Part shown: piece after piece, positions 51,487 to 60,310 of the stretch
How the letters are laid out: each line of letters opens with the position of its first letter
Position numbering within the stretch: the first letter of the stretch is position 1
From: Cenarchaeum sp.
Lineage (GTDB): Archaea > Thermoproteota > Nitrososphaeria > Nitrososphaerales > Nitrosopumilaceae
Assembly (NCBI GenBank): GCA_963692915.1
Contig: OY843584.1
Span: 736,001-800,000, forward strand
Direction: 5' to 3'
Length of the DNA stretch: 64,000 bases
Made by a program: the position numbers and the translations under genes
The notes under the pieces: model-generated
Database searches by the model: none
Told to the model about the DNA's origin: nothing
What the model saw: only the letters and a program-made list of their open reading frames with translations

Positions 51487-51707
51487 GCCCTATGCCACCC
51501 GCCCCGCACGCGCTGCGCGCGAGGCGGCCACCGGCCATCCATGGTGCCCCTGACCCATGGCCGGATGCGGCCGCATGGCAGCATATAACCCTCATTGGGC
51601 GCCGCACGCGATCCCTGCCGCACGGCTGGGTCTATATGCCGCACACAACAGGTCAGCTGCGCGTCAATGGTGGAGTTTATAGCAAATCCACATGGCATGA
51701 TCGCCTG

Positions 51708-52730
51708 ATGGAGCCAACAATCACCATGGGGAGACGTGGAATCGTCTGCCACACGCGTGGTCGTGACGTTCATCTCGATCCCTCCGGCCCTGTAGGCGGC
51801 CAAACCGCCTTCGTCTCGCATGCGCACTCTGACCACCTCCCCCCGTCAGGCACGCAGGCCATAGCTTCAGCCGAGACGCGCGAGCTCGCCGGCGCCAGGG
51901 ACGTGTCGCTCCATGGCGCCGAGGACGGGAGCCTCACGATGGTCGACGCGGGCCACATACTCGGGTCGCGGGGGCTGCTCTTTAATGACATATTTTACAC
52001 GGGTGACATTTGCACGCGCACACGCGCGTTTATGCGGGGCGCACAGGTACCGAGGTGCAAGACGCTCATAACCGAGACGACGTTTGGACTTCCGTCATTC
52101 TCCTTTCCCAAACCTGTCGAGGTGGCAAGGAGGGTCAACGGGATAATATCGTCCATGTTTGAGCGCGGAAGGCCCGTGGTTCTCATGGGATACCAGCTCG
52201 GAAAGGCTCAGCTCCTGACGCACATGTTTGGACACTGGGCGCCGCTCTATGCACACGACTCGATAAAGGCGATAAATGACGTGCATTCCAGGATTGGGGT
52301 TCGCCTGCCAGACACCGTGGGTCACACGGAAGCCGAGTCGCGCGGGCTCCTCGAGCGCGGACCGTGGGTTATGATATCGCCGATGGCCACATCAAGGGAC
52401 GGGTTTGTCGCCGGCCTGCAGAAAAAGTATGGTGCGGCAACTGTGGCATTTAGCGGATGGGCGGGAACCGGCCATGCGGCAGCGCGGCGCGGCGCAGACT
52501 ATACCGTGCCGCTAAGCGACCATTGTGACTTTGGCGAGCTGGTGGGCATGGTCATCGCCAGCGGCGCCGAGACGGTCTACACAACACACGGGTATGTCAA
52601 CGAGTTCAGCGCGCACCTGCGCTCGATGGGAATTGACGCAAGGCCGCTCTCAAGGGAGCGAGTCAAGCAAGCCACGCCATCCACGCGTGGCATGCGACTC
52701 CGCCATGGCCGCAGGGCACTCAACGGTTAA
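51708..52730 (+). CDS. Metallo-beta-lactamase/beta-CASP nuclease
   Basis: SHAHSDH, AGHILGS, YTGD, ETTFG, LSDHCD, THG. Confidence 0.88.
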   Translation: MEPTITMGRRGIVCHTRGRDVHLDPSGPVGGQTAFVSHAHSDHLPPSGTQAIASAETRELAGARDVSLHGAEDGSLTMVDAGHILGSRGLLFNDIFYTGDICTRTRAFMRGAQVPRCKTLITETTFGLPSFSFPKPVEVARRVNGIISSMFERGRPVVLMGYQLGKAQLLTHMFGHWAPLYAHDSIKAINDVHSRIGVRLPDTVGHTEAESRGLLERGPWVMISPMATSRDGFVAGLQKKYGAATVAFSGWAGTGHAAARRGADYTVPLSDHCDFGELVGMVIASGAETVYTTHGYVNEFSAHLRSMGIDARPLSRERVKQATPSTRGMRLRHGRRALNG

Positions 52731-52759
52731 TTAACCGCCTCGCCGAAGCGCCGCTCAGT

Positions 52760-52863
52760 GCCGGGGTCGCCTAGCCTGGTAGGGCGCGCGCCTGGAAACC
52801 CGCATAGGCCTCAGAGCGCGTATCTTAATCGGTACGGGAGTTCAAATCTCCCCCCCGGCGCCA
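52760..52863 (+). tRNA. tRNA-Ser(GGA) with 17-nt intron (52798-52814) and encoded CCA
   Basis: GCCGGGG/CCCCGGC acceptor, G73, CGCGC/GCGCG anticodon stem, long variable arm, TTCAAAT T-loop. Confidence 0.9.
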
Positions 52864-52899
52864 AAACAGCAATTACAGGGACTCCCAGGACGCACCGCG

Positions 52900-54195
52900 A
52901 TGGCGAGGTTTGACGTCGCAATTGTGGGCGCAGGCGTGCTTGGCGCGTGCGTCGCGTACTGGGTATCATCGGCATGTCGAGGCTCTGTCTGTGTCCTAGA
53001 GGCCGAGGACAGGCCGGCGATCCATGCGAGCTCACGCAACACGGGTGTAGTCCACTCGCCGTTCTACCTAGAGCCGCGTACGCGCGGTGAGATGGCCTCG
53101 GCAATGGTCACATCGAGGCCAATGTGGAGGCGTCTTGCCGAGCGTGCCGGTGCGCCGTGGTCAGAGGCCGGCGTGATGGAGGTCGCAATTGACGAGTCAC
53201 AGCGCAGCACACTAGAGCGCCACATGGAATGGGGCAACGCAAACGGAATTCCCGAAGGTGAGCTCGAGCTGCTTGACGGACGTGACGTGACGGCCATGGA
53301 GCCCAACGTCAGGTGCAGCGGAGCCCTGCGATGCGCAACAGAGGCCGCAACTGACTATGCGCACCTGACGCGCGCAGTAATTGGAGAGGCCGAGTCAAGC
53401 GGTGCGAGGTTTGCCTTTGGGCACGACGTGTCGCGCATCGAGAAATCGGGATCTGGCCATGCGCTAGTCACGTCAGGCGGGACTCGAATCGAGGCCGGAC
53501 TCGTCATAAACTGTGCCGGTGCGCGTTCACTTGACGTTGCGCGAATGACAGGCCAGGCAGAGAGACACACTGCGCTACACTTTCGTGGCGAGTACTGGGA
53601 GGCAGCAAAAGAGCACGCCGGCCTGGTCGGCACGTCTGTCTATTCGGTTCCGCGGTATCCCGAGTACCCATTCCTTGACCCGCACTGGATCGTCAGGGCA
53701 GACGGGCGCGTCGAGATTGGGCCTAATGCCGTGCCCGTGGCCGGGCCGCTCTCATACATCGGCTCGGGCGGCCCGCGCGCAGTTGTCTCAAAGCTTGGCG
53801 AGGTCCTCTCTGGGAGCGCCTCGCGCATCCTGCGCGATCCTGAATTTCTGCGCATGGCCGCCTCGGAGTGGCGCAGCTCCATGTCCAGGGCAGCGATGGT
53901 CTCGCGCATCCGCGCCTTTGTGCCGTCGGTGCGCGAGGAAATGTTCCCCCGCAACGGAATAGCGGGCATACGAACGCCCATCGTGGGGCCGGACGGAAAG
54001 ATGGCCACTGACACGATCGAGATTTTGGGCGAGTCTGCATGTAGCGTGATAAACTATAACTCGCCGGGCGCAACTGGCGCACCGGCGTATGCTGCGCGCC
54101 TTGTCGCGAGGCTGCGCGAGGGCGGATACCTCCACGGGGCAGGAGGCGACGGGGAGCGCGTGTGGGCAGAGGACGAGGCGCTGCGACAAGGTTAA
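52900..54195 (+). CDS. FAD-dependent oxidoreductase (L-2-hydroxyglutarate oxidase-like)
   Basis: VGAGVLG, HASSRNTGVVH, FRGEY, PFLDPH, NSPGATGA. Confidence 0.85.
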   Translation: MARFDVAIVGAGVLGACVAYWVSSACRGSVCVLEAEDRPAIHASSRNTGVVHSPFYLEPRTRGEMASAMVTSRPMWRRLAERAGAPWSEAGVMEVAIDESQRSTLERHMEWGNANGIPEGELELLDGRDVTAMEPNVRCSGALRCATEAATDYAHLTRAVIGEAESSGARFAFGHDVSRIEKSGSGHALVTSGGTRIEAGLVINCAGARSLDVARMTGQAERHTALHFRGEYWEAAKEHAGLVGTSVYSVPRYPEYPFLDPHWIVRADGRVEIGPNAVPVAGPLSYIGSGGPRAVVSKLGEVLSGSASRILRDPEFLRMAASEWRSSMSRAAMVSRIRAFVPSVREEMFPRNGIAGIRTPIVGPDGKMATDTIEILGESACSVINYNSPGATGAPAYAARLVARLREGGYLHGAGGDGERVWAEDEALRQG

Positions 54196-54223
54196 TACCG
54201 CACCCCGCCTACGTGCGGCATCG

Positions 54224-54484
54224 ATGATGCCTAGCACGTGCTCTGTTGGCGAGGAGGGCAGGCGGTGCCCCAATGCGCCCACAAAGGTCATCTCCATAGA
54301 GTCAACTGACGGCGAGTACATGGTCGGCGTGTCATGCGAGCGCCATGCCACAGCCATGCGAGCGCGCGTCATGGCCCTGCAGCGCCGTGGCAGCATCAGG
54401 GACGGCAGCGTGCGCCTAGCGCCGCTTAGCGCAGTGGGAACCGACTGCATCAGGGGGGACGGCGATGACCTCATCATGCCATGA
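54224..54484 (+). CDS. Small Cys-containing hypothetical protein
   Basis: CSV...C...EYMVGVSCERH...VGTDCI. Confidence 0.6.
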   Translation: MMPSTCSVGEEGRRCPNAPTKVISIESTDGEYMVGVSCERHATAMRARVMALQRRGSIRDGSVRLAPLSAVGTDCIRGDGDDLIMP

Positions 54485-54523
54485 GGTGCGCACGGCGTTG
54501 AGCCCGCACCTTGGAGGCCATGC

Positions 54524-54997
54524 GTGGACGTGGGTGCGATGTGGAGAATAGAGCGCGAGGAGGACTATTACAGGATATACGACTCCAAGAGGGACATTGC
54601 CGCATACCTGGATCCCGACTATGGCGTCTCCTATGACGACGAGGGCGTTGACGAAAAGATCGACGAGATGGTTCGCGGCGGGAGCAGCGTTCGCGGCGGG
54701 TATGTCATGGTTCCAATGGCAAAGTTTGGCATATTTGACACCGACTATAACGCGAATATCGCAAGCCTCCAGGAGAGCCTAGGCGGCGTGGTGAGCCGCG
54801 TGGAGCGCTGGCGCGAGTTCGCCGAGTCGTGGCCCGGCGGCGCTGAGCACCATGTGCGCATATCGCACACGGATCATGACATGCTCAGCGTCACGTTCTA
54901 TGTGCCGTTTGGGCGCGACGTGCGCCTCAAAAATGACGAGCTTATCGAGGCCGTGACCCCAATGCTCGACGAGCTTGCCAAGAGAAGCCTGCTCTAG
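54524..54997 (+). CDS. Hypothetical protein
   Basis: Acidic coding-like ORF with upstream GGAGG. Confidence 0.65.
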   Translation: MDVGAMWRIEREEDYYRIYDSKRDIAAYLDPDYGVSYDDEGVDEKIDEMVRGGSSVRGGYVMVPMAKFGIFDTDYNANIASLQESLGGVVSRVERWREFAESWPGGAEHHVRISHTDHDMLSVTFYVPFGRDVRLKNDELIEAVTPMLDELAKRSLL

Positions 54998-55488
54998 CCG
55001 GCAGGCCTGCCGCGCTGCGCGTCAGCAAAGGCCGAGAGGGCCTCAGACTCGTACTCGAACGCGTCCTGCAGCAGCGCATCAGAGCGCGACCTGCTAGACT
55101 CATCACGCAGGCGGACCCACTCTGCGTGCGCCTCGTCGCTGTCGCGCTGTGACACAGCAGAGAGCTCAAACAGCCTGACTGCCGCATCAAATCCCTGCGG
55201 CGCATCAAGGGACGAGTATCGCGCGACAATGCCGTCCATGCGATCCAGGTGCATGTCATAGTATTCCAGCATTGCGGCATCAGTCATGTTGCCCGCACTC
55301 CACGCGCGTGTGCGCAGCGCGAGGGCGTCCTGCGCGGCCTTTAGATCGTCTTGCGTGTTGAGGAGCGAGTTTCCAAACATAAGTCCGGCAACACGAACCT
55401 GCTCGCGCGTGTGGTGCGTGTAGGCCGCTGCGACCACGATTACTGCAATGACGCCGGCGGCAATTATGATCTTTTGCGTGTCATTCAA
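54994..55488 (-). CDS. Membrane-anchored helical protein
   Basis: N-terminal TM helix then helical ectodomain. Confidence 0.65.
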   Translation of the reverse strand: MNDTQKIIIAAGVIAVIVVAAAYTHHTREQVRVAGLMFGNSLLNTQDDLKAAQDALALRTRAWSAGNMTDAAMLEYYDMHLDRMDGIVARYSSLDAPQGFDAAVRLFELSAVSQRDSDEAHAEWVRLRDESSRSRSDALLQDAFEYESEALSAFADAQRGRPAG

Positions 55489-55490
55489 GG

Positions 55491-55784
55491 CTATCCGACA
55501 TAATGACCGTGCTCGTCTGTCACGAGGTCGATCGTCATCTCGGTTCCGCTGATGAACGAATCGTTGCGTATTGTCCTCACGCGGCCGACATCAAGGTGAT
55601 GTGGCCAGATCTCCACGACGATGGCGCCCACCTCGATCTCATCAGGCGCGTCAGTCAGGACAATGTCCTCGGCGCGCACGCCATGATCCTGCAGCTTTTT
55701 GAGCGCGTGCTCGACGAGCGGTTCGGGATTGTTGTGGTTTATCGCCCACACCTTGCCAGTGTAGGAGATCGCGCTCTCTGGCAA
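55491..55784 (-). CDS. Conserved hypothetical protein
   Basis: TTG start after GAGGAG; operon with Lrp-like gene. Confidence 0.65.
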   Translation of the reverse strand: MPESAISYTGKVWAINHNNPEPLVEHALKKLQDHGVRAEDIVLTDAPDEIEVGAIVVEIWPHHLDVGRVRTIRNDSFISGTEMTIDLVTDEHGHYVG

Positions 55785-55787
55785 CGC

Positions 55788-56024
55788 TCACTCCTCGCTT
55801 ATCACGTTTAGCGTGATCGTGCTCACGACGCGCGTGAGCTTGCGTATGCGCGTGGCCACTGTCTTCTCAAACTCCTCAGTCGTCGGCGTCTCTACCTCGG
55901 CGATAATGTCGTACGCCCCAAAGGTAAGGCGTGCCGTCTTTACGCCGGGGATTCGCGATATCTCCTCTAGGACATACTCTTCAGCTCCAAGGTCACAGTT
56001 GAGCAGCACATATCCGGCGTGCAT
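55788..56024 (-). CDS. Stand-alone Lrp/AsnC ligand-binding domain
   Basis: GYVLLNC...FGAYDIIAEV...IRKL..V.STITL. Confidence 0.85.
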   Translation of the reverse strand: MHAGYVLLNCDLGAEEYVLEEISRIPGVKTARLTFGAYDIIAEVETPTTEEFEKTVATRIRKLTRVVSTITLNVISEE

Positions 56025-56064
56025 TGCGCATCGCGCCCATCAGGGCCACTTTAAAGCGTGTCGG

Positions 56065-57444
56065 CTACCAGCGGCTGCGAAGGCCGCGATAGTCCCTCTT
56101 TGCGCCACGAAAGCTGCGTGGTGGGCCACCACTGCGGCCGCCGCCCTCGCGCCTGCCGCCCTCTCGGCCACCTTCACGGCCGCCACGTGAACCCCCACGG
56201 TCACGGCCTCGCGGCCCGTCGCGGTCACGGCCACGGCCCCTAAAGCCACCGCGTCTTGGGGGACCCCGCTGGCCAAATCGCGAGCCTGTGCGCGGAACGT
56301 CGCGCTTTAGGCGATCAGGTATGTTGACCTCTATTCCCAACGCCGCGTTGAGGTCAGTCATGTCGACCTTTACCTGCCGCTTTATGATGTTAAAGTCGCC
56401 CACTGACGAGTATGAGACTAGCGTGATCGCGCGTCCCTTGGCTCCTGCGCGCGCCGTGCGCCCGATGCGGTGAAAGTAGACCATCTCCTGGTTTGGCACG
56501 TCATAGTTGACGACGAGTGCGACCTCGGGCACGTCGATTCCGCGCGCGGCGACATCAGTGGCCGCGAGTATCTGGGCCTTGCCCTGGCGGAACTTTGACA
56601 TGGAGTGCTCGCGCTTGTTTTGGGACATGTCTCCCTCGATTGCGACTGTGTCGAACTTTTCATCGCGCAGCATCTTTGCGACATCACGCGTGCGCCACTT
56701 TGTCGAGCAGAACACGATCGTCTGCCCCTCCCCGTTCTCGCGTATGAATTGTGTGAGATACTTCATCTTTTCGCGGTCGCGCAGCACTAGAAACGACTGG
56801 TCAATGCCCTCGCCGCTCAGGTCATCGGCGTCAAGGAGAAACTGCTTTGGGTTGTTCAGGTACTCCTCGGCGAGCCGCAGTATTGGAACCGGCATCGTCG
56901 CCGAGAATAGCGACATGACCTTCTCCTTTGGCGTCTGTGCAATGATAAACTCAATGTCCTCAACGAACCCCATGTCTAGCATCGTGTCAGCCTCGTCGAG
57001 CACAACGTGCGCGACATGCTCGAGGGTCACTGACTCGCGCTCTATGTGGTCTATGAGGCGACCCGGCGTGGCGACTATAATGTCGGCTCCGCGCTCTAGC
57101 TCGTCTAGCTGTCCGCCCATGCCAGCCCCGCCATATATCGCAACTACGCGCATGCCGGTGTGCCGGCCAAACTTTTTGATCTCTGTTGTTATCTGGAGCG
57201 CAAGCTCGCGCGTTGGCGCAACGACGAGACCCTGGATTCCGTGACCTGGATCTATTGACTGGAGCATCGATATCGCGTATGCGGCTGTCTTGCCGGTTCC
57301 CGTGTGAGCCTGGCCGATAACGTCACGGCCGGAGAGCAAAACGGGTATGGCCGCCTCCTGTATTGGAAAGGCCTCCTCAAATCCCTGCTCTACTAGGGCA
57401 TCTAGTATACTCTGCTTGATTCCAAGCTCTTCGAACCGTGTCAT
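56065..57444 (-). CDS. DEAD-box RNA helicase with RG-rich tail
   Basis: AHTGTGKT, PTRELA, DEAD, SAT, HRIGRTAR; start ATG 57444 (or TTG 57465). Confidence 0.95.
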   Translation of the reverse strand: MTRFEELGIKQSILDALVEQGFEEAFPIQEAAIPVLLSGRDVIGQAHTGTGKTAAYAISMLQSIDPGHGIQGLVVAPTRELALQITTEIKKFGRHTGMRVVAIYGGAGMGGQLDELERGADIIVATPGRLIDHIERESVTLEHVAHVVLDEADTMLDMGFVEDIEFIIAQTPKEKVMSLFSATMPVPILRLAEEYLNNPKQFLLDADDLSGEGIDQSFLVLRDREKMKYLTQFIRENGEGQTIVFCSTKWRTRDVAKMLRDEKFDTVAIEGDMSQNKREHSMSKFRQGKAQILAATDVAARGIDVPEVALVVNYDVPNQEMVYFHRIGRTARAGAKGRAITLVSYSSVGDFNIIKRQVKVDMTDLNAALGIEVNIPDRLKRDVPRTGSRFGQRGPPRRGGFRGRGRDRDGPRGRDRGGSRGGREGGREGGRREGGGRSGGPPRSFRGAKRDYRGLRSRW

Positions 57445-57561
57445 CTCTTCTTCTTCTCTAGGCAATGACAGAGAAGGTCATTGCCGCTCCGCCATTATTC
57501 CGTTAAGAGGTGGCGATTTTGCCATATTTATAAACTATTCGCCCCACGGGGGCATGGTGGA

Positions 57562-57635
57562 AGCCAATGGGGGGCTTTGAACCCCCGACCTTTCGCTTAC
57601 AAGGCGAATGCTCTACCAGGCTGAGCTACATTGGC
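57562..57635 (-). tRNA. tRNA-Thr(TGT)
   Basis: GCCAATG/CATTGGC acceptor; TTCGC-CT TGT AA-GCGAA anticodon arm. Confidence 0.95.
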
Positions 57636-57718
57636 GACGGCAGCCACGCGCCGGGAGTCTTGTTTAAACCGTTTGGAGGCGTGCGAGTTTTATAGAGCCA
57701 CAGGCAGCCGCGCAGCCA

Positions 57719-57916
57719 GTGCGTCGCTTAAAGCCCAAAAAGCTCAAAGTCATGCTCTACGCCTTTATGGGCACCGGGGCGTTTGGCATAATCATGGGTC
57801 TTGTGACTGAGACCTTTTATGTGACGTTCCTAGGCACGATAAACCTCTGCCTTGGAGGCCTAGTAGGGTGGCTCTACCTGACGCGTGAGCCACGGCGTGG
57901 CCGGCACCGCAATTAA
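57719..57916 (+). CDS. Small two-TM membrane protein
   Basis: Two hydrophobic helices, basic termini, TATA upstream. Confidence 0.65.
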   Translation: MRRLKPKKLKVMLYAFMGTGAFGIIMGLVTETFYVTFLGTINLCLGGLVGWLYLTREPRRGRHRN

Positions 57917-57951
57917 GACATAAATATTGACAGTCTCGCGCGCGCGCAGAG

Positions 57952-58503
57952 TTGATTGATCTTGTGCCAAAGCGCCTCTTTCTCACAAAGGGAAAGGGCG
58001 TCCATGAGGATCGCCTGACGAGCTTTGAGTATGCCCTGCGCGACGCCGGCATTGCAGGAACAAACCTCGTCCTGATATCTAGCATATTCCCGCCAAAGGC
58101 AAAGCTCATCTCGAGAAAGGCCGGCCTCGCCGAGATAAAGGCCGGCCAGATACTCTTTACGATATATTCCAAAAACCAGACAAACGAGCCACATCGGCTC
58201 TGCGCCGCATCAGTCGGCGTTGCGCAGCCAAAGGACACGACGCGCTACGGATACCTCTCCGAGTACGACTCGTTTGGGCAGAGCGAAAAGCAGGCCGGCG
58301 ACTATGCCGAGGATGTCGCCGCGCAGATGCTCGCATCCTCGCTTGGGATAAAGTTTGACATTGACAAGAGCTGGGACGAAAAGAGGCAACAGTGGACGAT
58401 ATCGGGCCAGATATACAAGACGTCAAACGTGACGCAGACGGCAAAGGGAGATCGCGGCGGCAAGTGGACAACGGTCTTTGCTGCTGCCGTGCTTTTATTT
58501 TAG
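57952..58503 (+). CDS. pdaD: Pyruvoyl-dependent arginine decarboxylase
   Basis: SFEYALRDAGI...NLVLISSIFPP, GYLSE, WTTVFAAAV. Confidence 0.92.
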   Translation: MIDLVPKRLFLTKGKGVHEDRLTSFEYALRDAGIAGTNLVLISSIFPPKAKLISRKAGLAEIKAGQILFTIYSKNQTNEPHRLCAASVGVAQPKDTTRYGYLSEYDSFGQSEKQAGDYAEDVAAQMLASSLGIKFDIDKSWDEKRQQWTISGQIYKTSNVTQTAKGDRGGKWTTVFAAAVLLF

Positions 58504-59684
58504 CGCCTTCGCAGCAGATAGAGCGCAGCTCCGGCGGCTCCGACGATGATTGCGCCCATCACGTAGAGAATCAGCGGGTCGGTCCCGTCCGTTCCTGGCG
58601 GTGCCGGGGTAACAGTCGGGGGTTGTGAAGCAGTTGGCTGCGATGGCTCTGAAGGCTCTTCGATCGGAACTATCGAGAATGCGAGCTCCTCGTCCTCGAC
58701 TAGCCTGTTGTCGCCAAACAGGAACCGTCCGTCTATGAACGGGCCTGTTGACGGGTCAAAGACCCAGCCAGAGTGGCCGACTGCTGACGGGAGGAGCTCG
58801 CCGTTGATAAAGACTGTCGGCAAGAGTGTCGTTGAGGACGGCAGTATGCGCGAGGGCACATCAGGAACCACTATGGCGCGAACCAGCGATCCGAGCGGGT
58901 TGGAACCGTATGGAAACACGTCTGAGCGCTCAAGGGAGCTGACCGGCAGGAGCGCAAGTGGGTCGACCTCGCGCGAGTCGGCACCCTCAAGGATCGCCGA
59001 GACGCGAACCTGCATGAACGGCGCGCCGGCCACCGGCGTGATGGAGATCAGCATCTGCGAGCCCTCGAGGGCAACGATGCGCCTAGACGCCTCGTAAAAG
59101 CCGCCCCCGTCGCGTATGTCGCGCGAGAGGATGATGCCGCCGATCTTTGTGTGCATCGAGGCCGTGTGCTCCTGCGGCATCGTATAGACGGCCGAGACTA
59201 TGCGCCGGTCAGCGGCCTGCGCAAGGCGTGCGCCCTCGCTGTGGTGGATATAGACCGAGTGGAACGATGCGCGCGTGTCAAAGGCCTCGTTGAGCTCGTC
59301 GATGTACGAGTCACCGATCGCACGCGCGCCTGCCTGCACTGCGTCAATGCCGTCCCACTCGCCGCTGCGCAGCGCGCTCACAAGTATGCACGACTCTCCA
59401 AGGACGCCGGGGACGCACGAGTCCTCGTTGGTCACTGCGATGTAGGCAATGCGATCGTCTGCCCCAATCCTCGAGGCAAGCTCGCCAGGGAGCATGATGT
59501 CATTTGTGCTCGTGCTCTGGAGCGTTATCGAGACTGTTGTGTTACCGGCACCGGCCGTGTTGACTAGAACCTGCGCGACCTCGTGGAATGGAATAGTGTC
59601 GTCATCCTGGGCAACTGACGGCAAGACTTGCGACACGGCCACCAATAGGGTGGCAAGTATCAGAATCCTGGCGAACACGCGCAC
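58500..59684 (-). CDS. Secreted surface protein with C-terminal TM anchor
   Basis: Signal peptide, P/T-rich linker, TM helix plus RRR end. Confidence 0.75.
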   Translation of the reverse strand: MRVFARILILATLLVAVSQVLPSVAQDDDTIPFHEVAQVLVNTAGAGNTTVSITLQSTSTNDIMLPGELASRIGADDRIAYIAVTNEDSCVPGVLGESCILVSALRSGEWDGIDAVQAGARAIGDSYIDELNEAFDTRASFHSVYIHHSEGARLAQAADRRIVSAVYTMPQEHTASMHTKIGGIILSRDIRDGGGFYEASRRIVALEGSQMLISITPVAGAPFMQVRVSAILEGADSREVDPLALLPVSSLERSDVFPYGSNPLGSLVRAIVVPDVPSRILPSSTTLLPTVFINGELLPSAVGHSGWVFDPSTGPFIDGRFLFGDNRLVEDEELAFSIVPIEEPSEPSQPTASQPPTVTPAPPGTDGTDPLILYVMGAIIVGAAGAALYLLRRR

Positions 59685-60310
59685 GGCTCGTGCGCCATGA
59701 CATAAAAGTCATGCGTGGGCGCACGACGCCACAACTGCCACATGAACCACACGGATGGTACCCACGGAGATTTCGGATAATGGCATCGTCAAGGTCAGGG
59801 CAGGATCAAGGTTGGGCAGACAAAACGTTCGAAAACCACATTCAGCACTTTAGCAGCTGGATTTTTAGAGTCAAGTTGACAAAACGACATTCATGGCATT
59901 TAGCACGTATTTTGGCCATAGGCGCAAATGTCATGATTCGTCATTGCTTTTGATCACTTTTTTAATGTTTATTCCTTTATTGTGCATATTGATGCCAATA
60001 TCTATAGACTTTCCTGGTGAGAATTAGCGGGTCTCCACGGCGCAGGTGGGCATGGGGCTCGTCGACGATTAGCGCCATACCCACGACCCTGAATCAGAGC
60101 AGCTAGGGAGTGCGCATTTGACAGTTCCAAACGATACAATGTGGGGCAAAAGGTCATCACCCATGCGGTCTGCTAGGCAGGCCGTCGCGCGTGCGCTGCC
60201 CGGCGCCCTAGCTTTAAATCACCACGCTCAGGCGCTCCCGTCGGCATCGCTTCAAACCGTATGGGGCACAGGGAGCCGGTATCCAGTGCGTTGGATGCCG
60301 GCTCCCCCTT

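Noticed and set aside
56090-56260. Short GGR/GGRE repeats as CRISPR or VNTR
   Set aside because: They encode the ordinary RG-rich tail of the DEAD-box helicase; no repeat-spacer array seen in the window.
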